Assembly (NCBI RefSeq): GCF_009914755.1
Contig: NC_060930.1
Reading direction: 5' to 3' (one strand)
DNA: 64,000 nucleotides
Origin: the human T2T-CHM13v2.0 reference genome, Homo sapiens
Shown: positions 52,973-64,000 of the stretch, in pieces
Layout of the letters: each line of letters opens with the position of its first letter
How positions within the stretch are numbered: the first letter of the stretch is position 1
Notes under the pieces: model-generated
Databases searched by the model: none
What the model was told of the DNA's origin: nothing
What the model saw: only the letters and a program-made list of their open reading frames with translations
Program-made: the position numbers and the translations under genes

Positions 52973-53700
52973 GGCGAGTGCTGACCGGGGCACCGTGAAT
53001 GTCGAGTACTTTCTGGCGTCCTTCTGTGGGTCACAGCCTAAGTCCAACAGCAGGCCGGAGAGCTATAAACCACACCCCTCTGGGACTGAGAGTTCCAACA
53101 CAGGCTGAATTTGGTTCTCTTTTAAGCTCCTTTCCTGATAAACTTCAGAGGCAGGATTACTGCTGGTTTTCAGATGCCTGCATTTAGATAATGATAGATA
53201 ATCTGTAGATTTGCATAAAATACAACATGTGGGCTTTGAGAAGGGCAGGTAGCAATGCAAGAGCTGTACATTGTACTGTTTCACTAGGGCACTGGGGCAG
53301 GGGCATGGTTAAATGAAGTAAGCATGAAATACTAGGAAAATCTAGCGAAATACTTCCATGGCTGTAGTCTCTTTTCTTTTCATTTGCATATAACAAGGAA
53401 GTTGCAACCTTATCTCTTGAGAAAAGGAGGAGCAGGTTGATAAACCAGATCATGGGTGTGCTTAGGGCATGAACAGCAGAAAGGAAAAGTGTGTTGTAAT
53501 TTTGCTCCTGAGGTCTCTGAGATTCTAGAAAGTCTGCAACAACCTTTGATCCTCCAGGGAGCAGCTCCAATGGTTTCTTTTCTTTTTTTTTTCAATTTTG
53601 TAACTATACCCTAGAGAACCAAGAGTAACCCAGGGCTGTCCTAGACACTCCATTTGCATAGGCATTTCTGTGCCCTGGGAGGGAAGAAGCAGCACAGGAG
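52973..53700 (-). promoter_or_regulatory. ADTRP: ADTRP 5'UTR / proximal promoter region
   Basis: Repeat-free DNA directly upstream of the ATG, with local CpG enrichment at 52960-53060, GATA sites (~53136, ~53186, ~53196) and three ATTTGCAT octamers. Exact TSS cannot be read from sequence. Confidence 0.6.
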
Positions 53701-54159
53701 ACCATCCTTACTATGGCCATGACCCCAAAATACCTGACTTTAGACATTGCTGGGAGAGGGTGAGAGTCCCCGCTCTGCCATGAATAGGATGAGACGTGGC
53801 TGGGCTAGGCAGCATGCCGGACTAGGCTCTGACTCAGGTTCCACAGAAGGGAACTGAGGAAGAACTAGAAGTGGATGCCTTGTGACATCGCCAGCTTGTT
53901 TCCCTGGGCAACTGACTCCGAGGGGTGAGCAAATCCCTCAGAGAAATGCTCCTGACACAGTTATGTAAGTCTGTAATTGGTGCTTTTCAATGACTTAACC
54001 AGGGCTTAAAAGTACTAGCAGAAAGAACTGTAGGCTGGACAAGGAGGACAAACCATAAACAAACCCACCTCCTAAGAGTCAACAGACTCCCAATATCAGG
54101 ATTGGGAGATGGGAGGAGAGCAAACCTGAGCCCGCCATGGAGTTCTGCATTGTAACCAT

Positions 54160-54160
<1 letters not shown>

Positions 54161-54195
<35 letters not shown>
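54161..54195 (+). repeat. Poly(T) run of ~35 nt
   Basis: Direct reading. Confidence 0.95.
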
Positions 54196-54553
54196 CATCT
54201 GTTGGGGCTGCTATAACAACATACTGTAAACTGGGAAGCTTGGAAACAACAGAAATTTATTTCTCAGTTCTGGAGGCTGGAAGTCCAACATCAAGATGCT
54301 GACAGAGTGCCTGGTGTTTAATGTGGGTCGATTTCCTGGTTCATAAATAGTGCCTTCTGGCTGAGTCCTCATGTGGTAGAAGGGGCAAACAAGCTCCCTG
54401 AGGCCTGTTTTATAAGGTCACTAATCCCATTCATGGAGATGCTGCCCTCATGACCTAATCACCTCGGAAAGCTCCCCTCTCCTAATGCCATCACCCTGGG
54501 AGTTAAGATTTCAACATAGGAATTTGCAGGGAACACAAACATAGACCATAGCA
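54196..54553 (-). mobile_element. MLT1A-like solo LTR
   Basis: GGGCTGCTATAACAA...AAACAACAGAAATTTATTTCTCAGTTCTGGAGGCTGG...ACCATAGCA. Confidence 0.85.
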
Positions 54554-54635
54554 AACCATTCTCAAAGGAAGGGGTGATCTGGGAAATGGGTACATAAAAC
54601 TCTGTACAAAACTCCACAGCCTGGGCTAAATTGCA

Positions 54636-54850
54636 AATAATAACAGAAGCTAATACTTTTATAGTACTTACTGTTTGCTAAACATTGTTCCAGTTGCTTT
54701 ACACATATTAGCTGATTAGCACTCTAAATAACACTATGAGGTAAGTACTATTACGTATTAAGTACATTTTCAGATGAGGAAATTGAAGCCCGATCTGCTA
54801 AAAGGATGTGTTCAACACTTTGTAAGAGGCAGAGCTGCCGTCTGAACTCA
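54636..54850 (-). mobile_element. MIR
   Basis: CATTTTCAGATGAGGAAATTGAAGC. Confidence 0.75.
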
Positions 54851-54851
54851 G

Positions 54852-55779
<928 letters not shown>

Positions 55780-56194
55780 GAGTCCCTTTTATTCTTCTCT
55801 CCTCTCATCAGAAAATTATCTCAGAAAAGGATCAATATGTTTTGAAACTTGGTGCACATATGAATGAATGAATGTCTCCAAGGGTGTTTTCATTTTAGAC
55901 ACCATTGTTGATTTAGAGGTTTTATTCCTTTATACAAAAAAAAATCTCAAGTCTAAGTCTGCAGATGGGTAAGGATTGACGCAAAGGTAGGAAAGGAGGG
56001 GAAGACAAAGACCCAAATCTCTGAGATGTGTGTGTCCAAACCTGGACACTGGCCTTTCACCACCTAGATGGTTTTTTTCTCTACGTTAGCCTCATTGCCC
56101 ACAGATGGGGCCTCTCATAAATATTGATAAAATTATTTAAATTTATTTGTAAGAGTTTTAGTGTTTTACATTGGGATCCAATGAATTGTTAGCA

Positions 56195-56440
56195 TTTTAA
56201 TAAATAATGACATTAATATATAAGGATTTAATAACATGTAATATCATTTTAATACATATTAATAATTAATAAAATGATATTTTAATAAATAACATGTATA
56301 TGTATATAAGGATTTAATAATTACATGTAATATATGTATATAAGGATTACATTATGAGTTAAGGATTATGAATTAAGAAATAGTTTTATTTCTTAAGAAA
56401 TATTTTAATATTTTAAGAAATAAAACTATTTCTTAATTCA
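56195..56440. repeat. AT-rich low-complexity tract ending in a perfect inverted repeat
   Basis: TATATAAGGATT units three times; 28-bp inverted arms at 56369-56396 and 56413-56440. Confidence 0.9.
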
Positions 56441-57199
56441 ACATCTGCATTTTCTTATAAACTTTTCACAAAATTGTTGCCAATGAAAAATCTACATTGC
56501 AACCATATTCACATCATAATTTGTGTTCCTGGTTGAATAACCAGATCCATTTTCATGAAGTAGCCTGAACATCTGTTCCCCACCATGAGACCAGGTGGAG
56601 CTTTGGAGAGCAATGAATGTCACCTCTTAGTTGCACGTTATAAACTAATACATACTAAACGTGCTGTTTGTCTGCCTTTTCCTTTCTCCAAGTATCTGAG
56701 GGCTTCACGTCATATCCAGGAGAAGTGGGAAGGAATTGTTCAAAACTTTTATTATTTTACACAGGAAATTTTAAACATTTAAAAATAAGCATATTTCATA
56801 CTTTGATTTGGATACTACACAGGCCACTTGGTTACTAAGAGTGACTTTCTTTGAAACTCTCTACCCCCCTGGGAGTCCGCAACATGATTCTTTAATTTCA
56901 CAAATACTTATTAAGCAACAGCTATCTGCTAGGTCCTGGGGATTCCCCGAGGAAGAAGAGTGATGCAAACCCTGCCCTCATGGAGCTTATATTTTAGCAG
57001 GAAAGATGAACATTAAGCAACAACAAAAACAAGTGTTAATTTATAACTATGGCAACTTCTGTGAAGGACAAACACAGCAGACTTATTAGAGGGGATGGCA
57101 GTATCAGACCTGGTGTGGGTAGGGCGTCAGGGAAGCTAGCCCTAAGGAAGCCACGTATGAGCAAGGCTTATTCTCCCAACATGCTCTTACTATCCTTCT

Positions 57200-58331
57200 C
57201 AGTCTGTTTAATGAGCTCCTCTTCCTCCACCAGCATCTTCTGTGTTGGCATTCCCCAGAGAGCTGGTCCAGCTTACCGTCCGTCTCCCAACACATACTCA
57301 CCCTAGTGATTTTATCCATGATCATAATTTCTACCACTGCCTTCCAGTTTGTGACCACAAATTATATACCTCTGGTCCAGGCCCTCTCCCTATCCCCACC
57401 AAGCTTCAAACACATCTTTGACTACCTGTTGGAATCTCCTGAAGGAGACAGACACGCCTCAAACTCCATACGTCTAAAACGAGCTCACTGACTTCCGCCA
57501 AACCAGGCTTTTCTTCTCTAGTCTCTGTCCTGTGACCATGGCCTCACCATCGACCTGGGAGCTTCCTGTGTCCTCCCGCTTTTTTACTCTTCAAATCCAG
57601 TTAACCACCAAATCCTGCCAAGTTCATTTCTTACATCAGGGTCAAATCAGTCCCTTTCTTTCCATCCCTTCTACAACTGCCCTCGTTCAAGTGGCCTCCA
57701 TCTCTTGCCACCACCATAGCAACCAGCAACCTAGCTGGTTTTCCTGAATCTAGTTTGATGCCCCAACGCTGTTTTTCACAAGGTCAGTGAGTGATTCTCT
57801 CTGAAATGCCACATCCCCCACCAGCTCATGTCGTTTTACTACATCAGCATCACCCACAGCATTACATCCAAGTTTCATAGCTTTTAATAACCTGCCCACT
57901 TCCCACTGGCTCTCTCCATCCTCGTGTGGCATCCCACATTGGATGTCACTCCAACAACACTGCATTGACAGAGCTTTTCACCCACACCTGGCTATGTCAC
58001 ATACCGGCACCTTTACTCCTACTGTCTCCTCTCCCTGATGCCTCCTCTCAACATATCTTTGACTGGTTACGTCATAACCCTCATTTAAAATGCAGCTCAG
58101 CAGCTTCCTTTTCCAGGAACCCTTCCTGGATGGCCACCACAACCTGGCCATCTTAAACAGCTCCCTCCTGTCTTCTTTAACCTGCTATGCATCCCTGCAT
58201 GTTGCATAATGATTAGGAATTAGTCTTTTTTGTACGTCATTATCTCCTAGGGTTCACATATGATGTGTTTGAATTCCCAGAGCTTAGCATAGTGCTGGAC
58301 ACACAGTAAGTACTTAATAAACATCTGCTGA
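57200..58331 (+). mobile_element. L2 fragment to 3' end
   Basis: ...CTTAGCATAGTGCTGGACACACAGTAAGTACTTAATAAACATCTGCTGA. Confidence 0.8.
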
Positions 58332-58332
58332 C

Positions 58333-59655
<1,323 letters not shown>

Positions 59656-60957
59656 TAGTAGCAGTTATGAAAATATTTGCTGAATAAATGAATATGTGGA
59701 ATACCAGGTGTACCAGTCTACCGAGCCTTACCCTAAAGCCGGCTCATTCATTAAAAACCTACTGTGTTCAACGTGTTCAGCTGCTGGGTTGTGGGGAGGA
59801 GGTGGAATACAGAAATGAGTAAGACAGCCTGAGCCCCGGAGGAACTCACTGCCAAGTGGCAGAGACAGGTATGTAAACAAAAAATTACAGCATGATGTGA
59901 TAAGTACTATAATAGAGGTATGCACAAAGTACTAATGGAGCCTAAATTATCCTGCACATTATTCTGTCATTCTAAATATATGGAAGATTGAGCTAACGAT
60001 GAATGCATTGAGTAAGTCATGGGAAACTCCAGACACCACGTAGGAGAAGATAAGGATGAAAGGAGTCCCACAGTAAAGTAGTCATGGCCACCGGCACAAA
60101 TAACAGTTTTTCCTGGTAAAGATATAACCCATTTCTTGGCCAGTCACCAAGGGATAAGGTACAAAACGCAGGGAGTCAGGGCAAGGGGCTTGAGTCCAAG
60201 CCTGTATATGCTTCAGGACCTGGAGCTGATCAGCCATCAGCTTCTCTGGGGTGTTAATTTCCTTCGGTATGAAATGGGGTTCAGGGAACCTGCAACAGTG
60301 ACTATCTCATGTCCCAAAGCTGGGACGCCAACTGAACTAAGGGAGCAACTGACCAGGGCTGGCCTCTGAAGAAATGCCCCAACCCCACACAGATTCACAC
60401 ACCCCCACACACACCATGGCGCCAGCTGCAGCGGGAGGGGTTGGACGACACTCCTAGGTGACGTCTGCAGGTTGAGCAGCGATGAGCAGGAAATAGGGAC
60501 ACAGGGCACAGAGTCCTTGAGATTATGGTGAACAAGTCTGCTGAAGTGTGGTTTCATTTTGACACAAGAGAGGGGTTCTCCAGCTGCTGTTGCTAAACAA
60601 ACAGCTAACCAATATAGCTCTCAGATGTTAAACTTGAAGACAAGGCAAGTTGGCGGGACTTGTACTTGTTCCACCTACCCTCGTAATGTGCACAGAGCCC
60701 GTCTCAGATGGCTCATTCCCTTTACAGCTGATCTGTACTTCCACAGTTCTTACAGAACTGTCTTACCTTTGCCCATCCTTGTGCTAATAGTCCCATCATT
60801 AAACTCTCAGCTGAGGGAAATGCCTTTTCCTATTGGAACCTTCACTGATGCAGCCAATCACTATGAGCTCCTCCAGGGGTGTCTGATACATCTCTGTGCC
60901 CTCAGCACTATTCATGGTAGCAGGTAAATTATAAATGCTAATAGAGATTTGTTGTTT

Positions 60958-63412
60958 GCCCAACTATCTACCCCAACAGTAACATACTTAGGAGTCCAAC
61001 TCTCCCCCGGGGCCCGAGCCATGACCCCAGCACAAGCAACCTTAATAAACAGCTTGCCCCCGCCTTCCTCAAAAAATGAACTTCTCTCTTTCTAGGACTG
61101 GCAGGTTTCTTTAGGACATGGATTCCCAACTTTGCCCTCCTGGCTCAGCCCCTCTGTGAAGCAGCCAAAGGCCCTCTCAATGAACCCCTAAGCCCCACAC
61201 ACAACATACTTCCCAGTTTCCGTGGACTCCAAACCACTCTCGTCACTGCACCTGCCCTGTCCTTACCCGACATCTCCCAACCCTGCGTTCTCTATGCCAC
61301 CGAAAACCAAGGAATAGCTCTCGGGGTCTTAGGGCAACAAAAGGGAAATCCTCCTTCCTTTACCCCTGTGGCATACCTCTCAAAACAAACAACACTGTCA
61401 GAGGGTGGCCAACCTGTCTTAGAGCATTAGCAGCAGTGGCCATTTTAGCTCTGGAAAGTAAAAAACTAACATTCAGCCAAAGCACCACTGTCCACAGCTC
61501 TCACAACTTACAGGATCTCCTCTCCTCCCGGGTGTTAAGCTCCCTCTCTCCTTCCGGAATTCAGTCACTCTATGCCCTCTTTATTGAAAATCCTGAATTC
61601 AGCCTCACCAAAAGCGCACCCCTCAACCCAGCATCCCTACTCCCCATATCCTCTTCCCCTCCTACTCATTCTTGCACTGACATTCTGGATCGCCTGCAGC
61701 CACACTTCCCTAACATCTCCTCCGAGCCTCTCACTAACCCAGATGACCAACTATTCATAGTTGGCTCATCTTCCGGAGCCCCCGTCTCTCCCAAAATTGC
61801 TGGGTATGCAGTAGTTACCTTAAACCATGTAATTGAGGCTAAAACCCGACCCCCAGGAACCTCCTCCCAGAAGGCACAACTCATAGCGCTCACCAGAGCC
61901 CTAACCCTCTCCAAAAACAAATGGGTCAACATATACACAGACTCTAAGTATGCCTATCACATTCTTCATTCCCATGCAGCCATCTGGCAAGAGAAAGGAT
62001 TCCTTACCGCCAAAAGAACCCCCATTACTAACGGCCCCCCTTATTTACCAACTCCTTCAGGCCGCACACCTCCCAACTGAAGCAAGAGTCATACACTGTC
62101 GAGAACATCAAGCAGGATCAGATGAAATCTCAAAAGGAAATAGAAAGACCGACGAGGCAGCAAAACAGGACTCCCTTTCTCCTCTCCCTGCCCCCATCCT
62201 CCTTGTCACCCCAGCAGTCCCGCCCAGATACCCTCCCACTGAAAAGTCTTCACTACTACAGCAAGGAGCCTCCCTTCAAGGGGACTGGATAATCAAAAAT
62301 CAAAAGCCTGTTCTTCCCCAAGAGCAAAGCAAGGAAATTCTAACACCTCTTCACCAACCCTTCCATATCAGTGCATGCCCCCATACCTACTCCTTCGCCC
62401 TTGTTTCTCCTCCCCCCATCTATTCATCTCACTAAAGGACATAACCTCAAACTGTCGTATATGCTCTGTTACTTCCTCCCAAGGGGCCCTCTGCCCTCTC
62501 CTCATCCTTACATACCAGCTCAGAGGAACACTCCCAGGGGAGCACTGGCAAGTAAACTTCACCCACATGCCTCCCGTCAAAAAATCTAAATATCTTCTTA
62601 CCCTCGTAGACACTTTTTCAGGTTGAGTAGAAGCATTTCCTACCCCTTCAGAAAAAGCTGCAGAAGTCTCTCAAATTCTCATATCAGAAATTATCCCTAG
62701 ATTTGGTCTCCCGAGCCCCATACAATCAGACAATGGGCCTAGCTTCATCTCCCAAATTACCCAACAGGTCTCCCCATCCCTTGGCGTTCAGTGGCGCCTC
62801 CATATCCCATATCAGCCCCAGTCATCTGGAGAAGTCGAGAGGGCAAACGGAATTCTCACAACTCAGTTAACCAAACTCACACTTGAGATCAAAAAACCTT
62901 GGACCTCCTTTTTACCCATAGCGCTGGCTCACATCAGAGCCAGTCCAAAAGCCCCCTCCTTCCTCAGTCCATTTGAGTTAATGTATGGACGCCCTTTCCT
63001 CTTACAAAACAGACTCCCTCCTAACTCTCAATTAGGAGAGTACCTCCCAACACTCTCCCTCATCCGTCATCCCCTCCACGAACAAGCAGACCAGGCCCTC
63101 CCAAAATCCCACCAAGGCCCCACCGACCAGGCACTCCTTCCTGGAGAATATGTGTTCCTAAAAACCCTTACTTCAACGAGTCTCAAACTGAAGTGGGAAG
63201 GCCCTTTCCAAGTCCTTCTCACTACCCCCACCACAGCCAAACTTTCAGGACACAACTCTTGGTACCATCTTTCCAGGTTAAAAAGAGCCCCTGCCGCTGA
63301 CCCGCCACTGACTAACCAACCAGCTGTTTCCTATAAATACTCCAGCACTCTTCTTGGAAAAACTCAACTCCACCTAATGCCCATCCCAGAAGACCCCACT
63401 CTTCCCCCGTGA
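60958..63412 (+). pseudogene. ERV pol remnant (RT thumb/tether, RNase H, integrase, GPY/F tail)
   Basis: LFIVGSS (D->V), QKAQLIAL (E->Q), VNIYTDSKYA, WQVNFTHM (D->N), IQSDNGPSF, QSSGEVERANG, WEGPFQVLLTTPTTAKL; multiple frameshifts and stops. Confidence 0.93.
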
Positions 63413-63465
63413 ACCATAACAGACAAGTTATCACCCCTTACCATTAAGTATCCAAACGCTTATTA

Positions 63466-63654
63466 ATGGAAATCATCTATTACGCTGCCCTTGCAGGAAT
63501 CACCCTACTTACTCTACTCTTTGCCATATGACTATATACCGTCTCACCTCCTGGGTGGAGTTTCAAACAAAAAATTTTCATATCTGTAACATTTTGCCTC
63601 ACAATCCTCCTTATAGCAGGTATAATAACCACCACCAAGAGTTGCCCCTCCTAA
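63466..63654 (+). pseudogene. Disrupted small two-TM ORF between pol and env
   Basis: MEIIYYAALAGITLLTLLFAI*LYTVSPPGWSFKQKIFISVTFCLTILLIAGIITTTKSCPS*, single internal TGA at 63529-63531. Confidence 0.55.
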
Positions 63655-63805
63655 ATGTCCTGTCTTTGCCCGTCCTGCCGTTTCACCCTCTTCCTTCACT
63701 GCATCACAGAATTTCATGGTCCTACCCAGAACATCCCACCCTCACGGCACTTGACTGGATCACCGATCTTATATTTCAAGGGGATTTACAGGAATTCACT
63801 CTCAG

Positions 63806-64000
63806 ATGAAGCCAAATTCTTTACCTTTACACTTGCTCTCTGTCTATTTACTCCTCCTCCTTCTCACTACCGCTCCCACCTTCAGCGCGCCATTCAACAG
63901 GCACATAGGATACTCAATCAAACTAACCCCTCTCTGGCCAAGGCCTGCTGGTTCTGTGTACACCCCTCAGAAACCATATCAAAGGATGCCTTCCCAGTTC
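63806..64000 (+). pseudogene. ERV env 5' end (signal peptide and SU N-terminus with CxxC)
   Basis: MKPNSLPLHLLSVYLLLLLL from ATG 63806; in another frame AIQQAHRILNQTNPSLAKACWFCVHP (gamma-type CWxC motif). Confidence 0.85.

Larger units (their letters stand above)
60958..64000 (+). mobile_element. Defective class-I (gamma-like) ERV internal region, HERV-H/F supergroup-like; 5'-truncated, runs off window end
   Basis: C-rich strand with RT C-terminal remnant (QLSTPTVTYLG), RNase H, integrase and start of env. Confidence 0.93.

Noticed and set aside
52691-53047. 118-aa ORF as a complete protein
   Set aside because: Only 52972-52820 is coding; the upstream part starts at a non-ATG codon and the downstream part is intron read-through past the GT donor.
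53262-53280. TGTACA-T-TGTACT as an androgen response element
   Set aside because: Spacer is 1 bp; canonical AREs need 3 bp.
61436-62080. 214-aa ORF as a functional RNase H
   Set aside because: First two catalytic acidic residues are substituted, and the ORF is flanked by frameshifts.

Overview
Primate (almost certainly human, 6p24) genomic DNA rich in interspersed repeats. The minus strand carries the 5' part of ADTRP (androgen-dependent TFPI-regulating protein, an AIG1/ADTRP-family membrane FAHFA hydrolase). Coding exons 1-4 were reconstructed with GT-AG boundaries at 52972-52820, 42595-42461, 40587-40486 and 9928-9813. There is also a 54-nt in-frame cassette exon exonised from a MIR (44296-44243). 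The last exons lie left of the window. The rest is intron or upstream DNA filled with Alu, L1, L2, MIR, MaLR/ERVL LTRs and hAT MITEs. The window ends in a 5'-truncated, defective class-I ERV (HERV-H/F-like RT-RNaseH-IN and start of env). Most notable observations: (1) a two-TM small ORF and a second overlapping reading frame between pol and env of the ERV; (2) a ~450-bp ancient inverted duplication linking introns 1 and 4 across 41 kb; (3) two local L2-tail duplications, one with a fold-back junction; (4) a perfect 28-bp AT-rich palindrome; (5) three perfect octamer motifs in the ADTRP upstream region. Nearly all ORFs in the supplied track are spurious. Repeat family names are by eye and their boundaries are approximate.
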